From the human T2T-CHM13v2.0 reference genome, Homo sapiens: a stretch of DNA of 64,000 nucleotides. Numbering within the stretch: the stretch's first letter is position 1; each line of letters begins with the position of its first letter. The stretch is from contig CP068257.2 in the NCBI GenBank assembly GCA_009914755.4, positions 29,056,001 through 29,120,000 on the forward strand, given 5' to 3'. Below are positions 41,751-54,237 of this stretch, piece by piece. The position numbers were made by a program, and so were the translations under genes. The notes beneath the pieces are model-generated. The model saw only the letters and a program-made list of their open reading frames with translations. It made no database searches and was not told the DNA's origin.

Positions 41751-44700
41751 GTTTTAACTAACATCCAAAATGGATTAACAGTTCATCAATTAAAAAAGTC
41801 TTTGCAACATGAATGAATACTTTTCATCTTCTTTAAACTAATCATGTGAATTCACAATATGCACTCTCCCAGCAGTTTTAGAATGAGCACTACTTAGTGA
41901 AGGGTCTTTTGAAATATAATTGTAACTATATGTAAAATACAACTGTTTTCTATAACATTTTACCTTTTTGCCTATATAATCAAAATGAAAGTATTATTTA
42001 TGTGCTCAGTTTCACAAGTTTGGAAGCTTTCCTACCTTTTCCTGTGATCTATAGATTACTCAAACTCTTCAGAATTGTCTCTTCCTTGAAGTCTTTGAAG
42101 CTATCTGGATAGCTTTTAGGGGTAGGTGTAGAACAATTTCCTCAAGAATTTCATAGATACTAAACTACATATATTTCCTATCTATTTTAGCAACATTCAG
42201 CAATTTAGGTCTTCCTGGAGAAAATACATTTTTCTAGATTTTAACATTTTTAACATAAATCAATAGAAAGTATTACCCAATAGCTTTGACTTCTGTGTCA
42301 GCTGGCTTTGTCTTCTTATTTATCCCTAATTTGTGTGCTTGCCTGTTTTTTTCCTTCTTTGAAAAACCACTTAGATATTTATCACCAAGGTACAAAAAGC
42401 TCTTGGATTTATTATACTTTATACTGCTTTTCAGTTTTCTATTCATTAATTTTAGCTAAAATTATTTTCTCCTGCTTTTTTTGTCTATTTTTTCTTTATA
42501 TAAATTTTCAAATTCAGTAGCTTTTTGTTCCATTTTTACATTTATATAATAAGAATGTAATAAAGGCGCTTAATTCTATAACTTTCCTGTAAATACAGCT
42601 TTGGCAATATACCAGAGGTTTTTATATGCAGTCTCCTTGCTTATTAAATTTTAATTTATTTTCTTCTTTGACTACAAAATTGTTTATTCTCACATTTTTT
42701 AACACTATTTTTCTTCTGTTATTTATTTCTAGCTTTCTAATATTGTTCCCAGTGTCTATAACCTACACTAATTCTATCTTTTGGAATATATTGATGTTCA
42801 ATTAAAAAAAAAACCTTACAAGTGCTTAAAAGAAGGTGATTTTCTGTAGTGCATGGAGTTTATTACATAGTTTTGAAATCTTTTTAATTTCCCATTCATT
42901 TATCTGTGTTCAATGTAATCTTTTAAGGACTAAAGGAGGCAATTAGTTTCACACTAGTACTGATTTTCTGCCAATATCTCTAGATACAACATTTACTTTG
43001 GTTTTGACTTTATAGATTTCAATACTATGTCACTTGTTGAGTTACATTTCAGTAAAATATAAGCCTCCTTTGTAATTGTTTAAACATGTTACATTTATTT
43101 AAAGTTTCATATTAAATTTGCAAACATTTTTATATTTGTTCCATTTGATAACTAATCTTCACATTTAATTTTTAACTTCTGATTTATTTTTACATGTGAG
43201 TCTCATAGAAATTATGTAATAGTATTTGTAGTTTGCTTTTGTATTTACTCAATTTATGTATTTATTTGAAAAGCTAAATTTGTCATGTATATTTGTATCT
43301 TACTTCTGTCTCTTAATATAACATTTTGTTTTACATCCTTCCTTTTTGTGTCCTTTATTTTCTCTATTTTGTTTTATAGTCTGGGTTTCTTCTATTTCCG
43401 ACATCCCCAAATTACCTTTATTTTTATTGTTATATTCACTGAACATTTTCCTAGTTTTCTAATTATTTTTACTCTTAGCACTTAATTTATTTCTTTAGGT
43501 TTTAGACATATGTTAATTATCTATACTAAACTGTATGTTTAAATGGTTTTAATACTTAACATTACCCCTTGGAACCAAAACTCTCCTATTTATCAATTAT
43601 TTGTTCCTATTCAACCTTCAGTTGAGTAGTGTATATCTTCAAGTAGTTTTGGGGTTTTTTTAATTGTTTTACCTTGCTTTGTTTTTCCATTTTCCAAGTT
43701 ACATTAGTAATCCTTCCTGGAGGTTTGCATATTTGAAAATAATTTAATGTTATCTCAATCTATGAACAATATTGGGGTAAGGTTAAAATTCTTGATGTAG
43801 CAACTCTTTTCCTCAAGATATTGTAGTTGATATTCTATTTCCTTCTGATTTCCTAGCTATGGAAGAAAAGGACAGAATTGTTACTGTTCTCTTTAGATGG
43901 CTCTCCCTAGTCCCATGTAGGTTTCGGTTTATTCATGAAGTTCAATAATCCTGGTAAGTTATGTTTTGTTGTTTCTGCTTTTCATTTATCTTGATGAACA
44001 TTGACAACTCTTGTTATCAGTAGATTTAATTTTTTCAATTTAATAAAATTTTCACCTACTGTACCATTTAATGTTTTTGTTTCTTTTTTTTTTCAATTGT
44101 TTTCATTGAAGATACCTGTTATGCTTGTTTTGGAGTGCCGTCATCTTCTGGACAACATCTAATTGGATGCTACCACCTTCTGGTCACTTTGTTCACCATG
44201 ACTATTTGTTGGATTCAATATTATATTTTTCATGTCTATCCTCTATCACTGATACATTTTTATTCATATTATTTTCTTTCTTTCTTCACTTTAAAATCTT
44301 TTCTGATATTATTTCTTCCCTCACTTTATTTTCTAATTCTACCAATACCTTTTCTTATCTCAATATAGTGACTTATTTAATTTGGTATTGAGTTGATCTT
44401 CTTAATTTTTTTTTGGTATTAAGCAATACATTCTAAATTTTTCTTCTGGTTCCTAGTGTAAATCATTTTCAGAAATATTGTTCTGTGTATGTTTTTAGTA
44501 ATATATTAATCTTCTTTGTTGTTGCAAAACATTTACAACAGTCCCATGCTGTGGTGTGTTTTTTATTCTTTTTGGGAAAGTTCATTCAAGGTTACTATCT
44601 TTCATTAAGTCTTTTTTGTTAATCTGGGAAATACCCGAATCCATTCCATCTCCATATCTGGATTAAAACCTGCAATTTCACCACCATCTTATTCTGAATT

Positions 44701-46087
44701 TTTTCCTTTTCCTTTCCTTCGGTGCTTTGAAATAGCTCCAACTATGCCAAAGATATTTTAAAAATAAATGACTTACTTCACAAAAATACAGATATCTATA
44801 TATTTGTGGAAAAGGCTGATTGGCTTAGGTAAAATTGTTACTAATTATGCAATTTGTACTAAATGGAATTTAAAAATCAATGGTAAAACCCAGGAAACTT
44901 GTAAAAGACCTTAGATTTAGAAATATTTGCTTGAGGCAATTCGCTAGGCTTCTGAGGGCGAATATTTCAAATCATGTTATTGCTACTGCAGTCTCTCTTC
45001 ATCACCATACTAAAGGTGTCTATAAGCCATTATTTCTTATCACAAAAGCTGCCAATATAAAAATCAAAGCACAACAAATAGCAAAACACACTGTGTCTCC
45101 TGCTGTAAAACCTGCTGTGGATGCAGATGTGTGTCCACTTTGAAGTGTCAAGAACTAACCAGAAATTTTGAAATGTTTGTGAATAGATGCTTAATTTTAC
45201 CTAAAACCAAATAAGCAATACTGTAGTTGATTCGCTTATAAAAGGTAACCTATTATTGGCTTACAACCAATAAATGATTATGTTATAAAAGGTAATCATT
45301 CATTGGATTACAACCAATAAATGTTCTAAGATATACAAAAAGCAGACTTCCTATCACAAAGGAAACTTTATTAGAAATCTCATTCTAAGCTCCTATTCTT
45401 AGAATATTATGATCACAACAATGCAGAATCAACAAATACAAGTGGTTTTTTTTCTGAGTGTCTGAGTTTTTATGTCTTCCAAAAATAAGGTATAAATTCT
45501 AAAAACTGAAATCTTTTCATTGATTTGCAAGTACTTAACAATAAAATGTTTGAAAGTGACTCTCAAACTTGTATGGAGAGGAAGAGTATTTACATGCAAG
45601 GACAAAGAAGGAAACTATATATAAGAAGATGAAGTCAAATATACAGAATGTGTTGGAATTCACAATCTGGGATAAAAATAAATGGCACCTTAGGTCACTA
45701 GATAGTCTATAGCCAGAGCAACTAGAACTGTATGGACGTCAAGAGAAGACTCCTACCCCACAGACTCAACAGGAGCCAGAGGCATCACTTTCACCAGCAC
45801 TGCACAAGCACGCTGGTTGGTTTCCACACCTCTCTGCCAGCAACAACCGTAAAAACTGTTACCTGTCTGATGATAAATAAAATTAAAATAGTATGGATTT
45901 TTTTATTTTGAATTTTCCTAACTACGAGTGGATTTGAATATCTTAATATGTTTGGACTATTGTACTTCTCTTACATAGAATGTCTACTTATAATCATCTG
46001 CCTATTTTTCTATTGAGTTATATAACTTTCTATATATTAAGACATTAATATTCCTGTATTATCCCCATTCGTCTCTGGGTTTCTGTT

Positions 46088-46190
46088 CATGATAGAGGTC
46101 TCCATTGTGTGTGTGTATATGGACGTGTGTGTGTATAATGTGTGTGCATTTGTGACTGTGTTGTGTGTGGATGTGTATGTGTACTCCCTT
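46088..46190. repeat. Imperfect TG-rich low-complexity tract
   Basis: It reads gtgtgtgtgtatatggacgtgtgtgtgtataatgtgtgtgcatttgtgactgtgttgtgtgtggatgtgtatgtgtac. Confidence 0.7.
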
Positions 46191-48089
46191 GGTTTTTCTT
46201 TTTTGCAGAGGGCTTTTTTAATTTTCATTTTGCTTTGTTTGTTTTTTCACTTCACTTTTTATACTTAAACTGTTAATATTTCTGCAATACTTTTTACAGA
46301 TAGTTTAACTGAAGATCCACTTTTATTGTTTTCTAGATGGACGGTCAGTTGTATTGGCACTATTTCTCAAATAATTTTTTTTCACCATGTTGTACTATGA
46401 AGTTTACCTTATGTTATATTCTCAAAAGTACTCAGATGTGTTTCTAAATTCTTGTTTATATTCCTTTTTATTTTTCTATTCTTAAACCAAAACAATATTC
46501 TCATTTCTCATGAGAGAAAATTTTCCCTTGAGTCCTGATAATGTATTTTATGCACATTTTGAATAATTTTATTGAATAAAGAATCCAGTAGATGTCTTAA
46601 TTTACGTATCAATTTAGAAGATTTAAATTTTATGATAGATCTTTCCGGTCAAGATTACATCTGCATTTCCATTTCTTCAGCTTTTTATTTTCTTTCATAA
46701 GATATTCTATTATAGTATTGTGCAAATTGAATAAGTCTTTGAAACTTTCTTTCTAGCTTTTCCTGAGCATTGTATAGTTATAGCACATTATCAGAATCAT
46801 CTCCATTTCTAAATGTAGGTAAGCAGAAAATCTTTTTAAACTTATTTTTCTGGTGTTCATACATCTTACAAATTTTCTGATTAATTTTGCTATATTTGTT
46901 TTACTTTAATAGCTTGAGTTTTCTTTGCACACAAAGATATAATCAAAAAGATCATTTCTTTTTTCCAATGTTTTTGCCATTATTTTATTTTCTTCTCTCT
47001 TTGCACTTGATAATGATGTTGGCAGCTGCTAACCCTGTCTGCTTCTTAATAATAACTAAAATTGCTTTATTATTTGGCTGAAGTAGATAAAAACATGCTG
47101 CTTTTGCTATTTGGTTAAAATCCTTTATTATATTTAAACAATTTTCTTCTATTGTATTTTATTTCAAATATTTCAAGGTAAGAATTATTTAACTCTATCA
47201 AAGACTTTTTCTCACCTAAATATGCAATCTGAGCCAATATTTGAAGCTTACATGTCACTTACAATCTTCAGAATTTTGAAAAAGGATGGCACATATCAAT
47301 TTTCAGAAAACAGCTATTGTTGTTATGAAGATTTTCACTTTAATCAAGGATATCTGTGTTTTGTTTGCCACATAATATTAATCTTAGAAAAATGTGTGCA
47401 TTTCTGCAGTAGAAATCTACTCATCTCAAAACATGTCCTCAATGACAAATTTTCATGATAAATTTGTAATAGTGTTGCAATGTCTAATTGCATTGATTTA
47501 CATCCCAGTCGCATTTTATATCTCTTGATCTTACAGTAAATTTAACATTCTGATTACTGGTACTGCTTCTCCTGTCTTCAGAATATCCCAAGTAGTAATT
47601 TTCAGACTTATTTTCAAATCCTTGCTTGTCAGCATTTGCCACAATTAGAATATTGCAAATATTTAAGGAATACTGTTTTGTTTTTTGTTTTTTTCTATTT
47701 TGGAGCCCTTCTTTCATTTTAGTTACAATTATTTCCCAATGAAAATTCATTTCCCTTGCCTCATGCCAAGATTGCAAAAATTAGTTTTCCTAAATTGGTT
47801 GTTCTACTTTCAGGATTTAATGTCTTTATAGAAAATTTTAATTCAAAACTAAACTTAAATATGTTATGATTTTTCATAGCATTTTTCATTACTATAAAAC
47901 TTTTTAGGTTCTTTTTAGTCCCATTAAGTATGGTTACTTCCCCTACGAAATATAGTGACTGAAGTGCTATCCCAGCTTCTCACTATGGATCCCAGGCAAC
48001 TTTCTATAGCTTGTCTGTAATCAAGTTTCTGATAGCCACTAGTCTTTGCATCTTTAAAAACTACATTACATTTCTCACTCTCAGACTAA

Positions 48090-48469
<380 letters not shown>

Positions 48470-49394
48470 TAAACTGAACAAACATAAGAAACGTTCTTCA
48501 ACTAATTGAGCATCAACTAAAAATGTGTGTGATAATATGTACCCCAATCATTTGTTCAATTTCTATTAATTGAACGTTAATGAAGAAAACAAATACAAAT
48601 CCTGAGAAAAATATCTTAATGTTAAACTAACTGCAATGTGATGAAAGCATTTTATACGATAAATTATTGCTGAGACCACTGCATCAATTCACTGGACCTG
48701 TAATCATAACATATATTCAATTCCACAATTATGGAAAGTGTGTATCTGCTACTTGAAAACATTTGGTTGGAAAACATTTTATTATTTTAAATGGAAAACA
48801 ATTCAGATCCTTATTTCAAATTTTGATATCACTGAAAAGATTAGTATCGTAGGAAAAGAGATCATGTTGGAGAGTATGACTATTTTGCTTATATTCATAA
48901 TTTTAGATGTTACATCTGGAGATTTAAGAAAATATAAACGTTAATTATAGAACATCTATCACTAATTACAGGGAATATGTCTTAGAGAGCCCTGTGCATA
49001 AATGTATTAATTAGTCTCTTAAAACCCTGATTACTGCTTTCCCTTTGCAGCCTCCCATAGAGCAAAGAAATTCATTATAATGAAGAGATCTTACAAAAAT
49101 TCACATTATGCAAATTGCCTTTGGAAATACTATGAAATGTGAACCTCCCAAAAACTTTGAGAAGATATTTTATCCCATGTTATATGTAAGAAAACTGAGT
49201 TTTAGGGAGCAATTGTGTTACTAAACCAAAGTAAGAAAAGAAATAAGTAGCAAAGAAATATGCCATTGAGGACATAATCCTGGCAAATGATCATCACCTC
49301 AACTGTCCTTGAAGAGTTACCAGAATGAGATGACTGTTTCCCAGGGCAACTGAACTATTACCATATTATATCTCCTAATCTCTCTGCATCCTAG

Positions 49395-52300
49395 TGTGAG
49401 TAGGTTGCTATATCCCTTCAAGAACTGAAACAGACCATATTCATTATAGCATTAATCCATGAACACATTTATGAGTTCCTCTGCAATGGCTTTACTAATC
49501 TTGTTCCTCTTTTCCCTGCTTTGAGTTGCATTTTCTGTACAGATCCCAGAAATCCAGAAATACTGACTCTAACAGTAGGTAGATGCTTCAAAGCTCACTT
49601 TGAACGTGATATACTCCTTCCTAACTCTGCAATAGAATCGAGCATAATTTTTTCTTTTTGGGTCACATTATTCTTATTCATGTTGCCCTGACCCAACCTT
49701 CAATTATTTTTATTATAGAATCACTAAATTACAAAGTAGAAGTGAATAATGTGAATGAATTAATTAAGCCCAAGTTTTGAATGCACATATTTACTCAGAC
49801 TTTTCTAACTGAAGATGCAAATTCTTCAACAACTTCAGGATAGAAATGTTTACAAGACAGCCTATTCCAATTTCACACTATTCTAGCCTTTAAAAAAAGT
49901 TTCTTTGTTTTTTGCTTTTTTTTTTTTTTTTTTTTTTTTTGAGACAGGATCTCACTCTGTTGCCCAGGCTGGCGTGCAGTCGTGCGATCATGGCTCACTG
50001 CAACCTCAACCTCCCAAGCTCAAGTGACCCACCCACCTCAGCCTCCTGAATAGCTGGGACTACAGGTGTGCACCATCATGCCTGGCTAATCCTTGCATTT
50101 TTTTCATAAACATGATATTTTGCAGAAAAAACAATTTATCTTGTAAAATTTATTTGTCTTTAAATTCTACCCATTGAATCTTGTGGTCTTCAGTGGAAAC
50201 ACAAAGCAGAATAAACCTAATTTTCTGTCTCACACATACACACAAGAAGTCTTTGAAAAATGCCAAACAACTTAAACATAAAACAAGCATGAAACAGAGT
50301 ACAGAGATAAACTCATTTACAAGCAATAACGGAGAATAGAGGTGGCAACACCAACCAATGACAAAGGGTTTAGTAGGTGGTGTTAAAGAAGCTGGCTTAA
50401 TTCAGTGAAAAGGGAAACTGGAGCACCGCATATAAAGGTAGGCTCCAGCTGGACTAATGATCTGAGTGTGAAGTGTAAAACTTTAAAAATAATAAAAGAA
50501 AATGTAGCATATCTTTGACATAAAAATAAGGTAGATCTTCTCAAAAAATAACAAATCATAGATTTAAAATGTTTGTTCAATTATGCACGATATGAGCAAA
50601 AATAAATGATAGTTTTGGCGATATTTGCAATGTCTAAAAATGACAAGGAAATTTATCAAGAATATACAATGAAGTCCTACAAATCAGTAAGAAAAAGACA
50701 GAAATCTCAATGGAAAAATGGGCAAAGGATATGGAAGAGAAACCACAAAGGTTAACACATACTGGAAGAAATGAAAATGTTCAAACCCGTTAGTAATCAG
50801 AGATATGCAAATTAAAACAGCAAGATAACTTTTTACTTCTCAAAAAAACATTAAAAGGTGATATAAAACAATATTGGCACATGTTTGAGGACATATAAGC
50901 TGCAATTTGGCAGTTTGGACTGATGCAGACATCCTGGAGACTAACCTGATGGTACTTACTAAAATAAAATATAAACACATCATTTGTCTCAGCAATTTAC
51001 ATTTTGGATTGATTCTCATAGAAGCCCATGGAGGACATGTTCATTGCACCAGTGCTGTGCTGAAGAGGCTGGGTGTGATTTAAGTGTGCATCCCTGAGAT
51101 ACTGAATGGACAAAATCTTGTGTATTAACCACATGGAGTACCAACCAACAATTAGAAATGATAGTTTAAATCTACACATAATAGCATAAATGAGACTTTC
51201 AACACAAATAGCACTGAGAGAGAAAAGGTCTTCAGAGGATATAAAATAACACCATTTACATAGATTTAAAATATTTAATAAAATGACCGACTTTCTTGGG
51301 ACTTTGAAAACATGAATAAGGATGGTTGCATATGAGATAAATTGCAATATGGCTATAAATGAGAGATGAAGGTGGAAACCAAAAAGAAATAAAAGAGAAT
51401 AAATAAATTATTATGTTAGCAAAATATTAAAACACATAAAGATCCATGCGTGTTCAAACAATAACATTATATGAATAGGGGAGTATATTAATCCTCTACA
51501 TTTCAAGAAAAAAATTAGTGAAGACATCAGTTGTGCACCTGCCCTAACTAAAATTGATGTAAGGACATATATTAATTTACCTAAGATTTTGCTTGCTCAG
51601 CCTTTTGTCCTTTCCTCTTGATCCCCAAGACCTATAAAATTTGGGCACACATTCTTGGCTGACTAGCACAACCCCAGTCCACAACCCCCTTTTTTTTTTC
51701 ATTACACCCATCTTCAGATAAGAGTGGCCGCAGAACACATGTGTCCAAACAGGGCAGTCAAAAGTCTTCCAGGAAGTGTTCACCTTCCCCACAATGAAGG
51801 AAAAAAGTTTTAAAAGGCCTGATGTTCATCATTTATCCTTAGTCGTGCAGGATGTTGGTCATACACAGCAACCACTTTGAAACCATGAGTATGAAAGTCA
51901 CACAGCAGGAGTGGGGAGTGGGAAGACAAAAGGGTCCTGATGTTTTCTGACTTCCTTGAGCATTTGTAGTAGTCTTATCTGCTTGGTGCAATATTTCTTG
52001 TTTTATGTATTTTGAAAGCTATTAACATTAAATTAATAATGTTGCCTCTTAATTCCCGTGACTTAAGCCCAGGACAGCCAGTCATTTCAGGACTAGTGCA
52101 TTAACCTCGTAAGTAGATTCCTTTTCTCACTAATCTCCTTATTTTAGTCCTTTGGTCATGCATATTATAATATTTTAGTGTGATGTTTGTGTTTGTGTTT
52201 AGATATGAATGTAAATAATTAACATACAAAGAATTTAGAAAATACGTAAAACAGCCAATATTTGGATTCAACCAATAAAATATTATCTTATTTTAAGTTG

Positions 52301-54230
52301 CCATCACCCATCTTGTAAGGAAGCCACAAACCCTGAAACTAATGCTGATTCTGACATGAGACCAGTTTTCCTACTGAACAAGGCTTTTTATTAAGAAACT
52401 TCCATTTTTATTCCCTTGTAGTATGCACCAATTACGTGGCCCTCCTGTGCTTTTTCAGAAATCCACAATACAAAGACAGAGAAGATGATGTAAAAATTTA
52501 CAATGGAAAATTAATCAGAATAAAATCTTCTGTCTTCAGTGATGTGATGGAACTACTCAGTCTCCATCCACTGCAAACAGCTTCTTGTATGTTCATTCAG
52601 ATAGTTAGTGGACCATAGTTAATCTTTACTTAGATGTGAAGATAATGGGTAGGGGAGATTTCAACTGGACTTGATCTTGGAGAGGTCATCATTAAGGCAA
52701 GGATCATCTGTGGTGATGATTAGCAGCAAGAGGAATAGCATCTTCTGTAGCAAAATGGTCGACAGCCCCAGCAGCCAGAGCTGTATTTACAGCCGTAGGG
52801 AGAGCCGAATCCATATCCAGAGCCATATCCACAGCCATAGCCAGAGGCAGAGCCATATCCACAGCCATAGCCACAGCCATAGCCAGAGCCAGAGCCATAT
52901 TGACAGCCGGAGCCATATCTACAGCCAGAGCCATATCCACAACCATAGCCACAGCCAGTTCCATATCCACAGCCATAGCCAGAGCCAGAGCCATATCCAC
53001 AGCCATAGCCAGAGCCAGAGCCATATCCACAACCATAGCCACAGCCAGTTCCATATCCACAGCCATAGCCAGAGCCAGAGCCATATCCACAGCCATAGCC
53101 AGAGCCAGAGCCATATCCATAACCATAGCCACAGTCAGTTCCATATCCAGAGCCGTATTGACAGCCAGAGCCATATCCACAGCCATAGCCAGAGCCAGAG
53201 CCATATCCACAACCATAGCCAGAGCCATATCCACAGCCATAGCCAGAGCCAGAGCCATATCCATAACCATAGCCGCAGCCAGTTCCATATCCAGAGCCGT
53301 ATTGACAGCCAGAGCCATATCCACAGCCAGAGCCAGAGCCATATCCATAACCATAGCCACAGCCAGAGCCATATCCACAACCATAGCCACAGCCAGTTCC
53401 ATATCCAGAGCCGTATTGACAGCCAGAGCCACATCCACAGCCAGAGCCACATCCACAGCCAGAGCCATATCCACAGCCATAGCCAGAGCCAGAGCCATAT
53501 CCACAACCATAGCCAGAGCCAGAGCCATATCCACAGCCATAGCCACAGCCAGAGACATATCCACAGCCATAGCCAGAGCCAGAGCCATATCCACAGCCAT
53601 AGCCAGAGCCAGAGCCATATCCATAACCATAGCCACAGCCAGTTCCATATCCAGAGCTGTATTGACAGCCAGAGCCATAGCCACAGCCAGAGCCATATCC
53701 ACAACCATAGCCACAGCCAGAGCCATATCCACAGCCATAGCCAGAGCCAGAGCCATATCCATAACCATAGCCATAGCCAGTTCCATATCCAGAGCTGTAT
53801 TGACAGCCAGAGCCATATCCACAGCCAGAGCCATATCCACAACCATAGCCACAGCCAGAGCCATATCCATAACCATAGCCACAGCCAGAGCCATATCCAA
53901 AGCCATAGCCAGAGCCAGAGCCATATCCACAGCCATAGCCAGATCCAGAGCCATATCCACAGCTATAGCCAGAGCCAGAGCCATATCCACAGCCACATCC
54001 ACAGCCAGAGCCATATCCATAACCATAGCCACAGCCAGAGCCATATCCACAACCATAGCCAGAGCCAGAGCCATATCCACAGCCATATCCACAGCCAGAG
54101 CCATATCCATAACCATAGCCACAGCCAGAGCCATATCCATAACCATAGCCAGAGCCATATCCACAACCATATCCAGAACCACAATCATATCCACAGACAG
54201 AACCCCAGGCAGAGCCATATCTGCATATGT
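49395..54230. repeat. Segmental duplication, copy A (paralog of 55515..58830)
   Basis: Collinear blocks are visible by eye at about 80-90% identity. 49410..49900 matches 55540..56030, 50100..50640 matches 56040..56580, and 50990..52700 matches 56820..58560. Copy A also carries an Alu (49912..50091) and the expanded KRTAP repeat. Confidence 0.75.
49912..50091 (-). mobile_element. Alu fragment (right monomer only), present in duplication copy A but not copy B
   Basis: A long poly-T is followed by gagacaggatctcactctgttgcccaggctggcgtgcagtcgtg, and it ends ...catcatgcctggctaat. Confidence 0.8.
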
Positions 54231-54237
54231 CCTCTTA
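52720..54237 (-). pseudogene. KRTAP21-like paralog with ~1.5-kb in-frame Gly-Tyr-Cys-Ser repeat expansion; 5'-truncated and start-less (candidate KRTAP21-4P)
   Basis: The C-terminus and TAA stop (plus 52720..52722) are conserved with KRTAP21-2. It reads ...GCWGCRPFCYRRCYSSCC* against ...CCGYRPLCYRRCYSSCY*. Codon by codon, the same frame is free of stops up to 54234, about 504 codons. It encodes mostly GYGCGYGSGSGYGCG units with occasional Q, T, F and D. There is no ATG, GTG or TTG in this frame. A TAA stop at 54235..54237 precedes it, and upstream of ~54230 the sequence is L1, not the KRTAP 5' end. Confidence 0.7.

Noticed and set aside
45080-45140. Short Cys-rich stretch (…HCVSCCKTCCGCRCVS…) reminiscent of ultra-high-sulfur KAPs
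   Set aside because: It is only ~16 residues. There is no flanking homology or ORF continuity. This subcluster contains HGT, not UHS, KAP genes. It is most likely chance.
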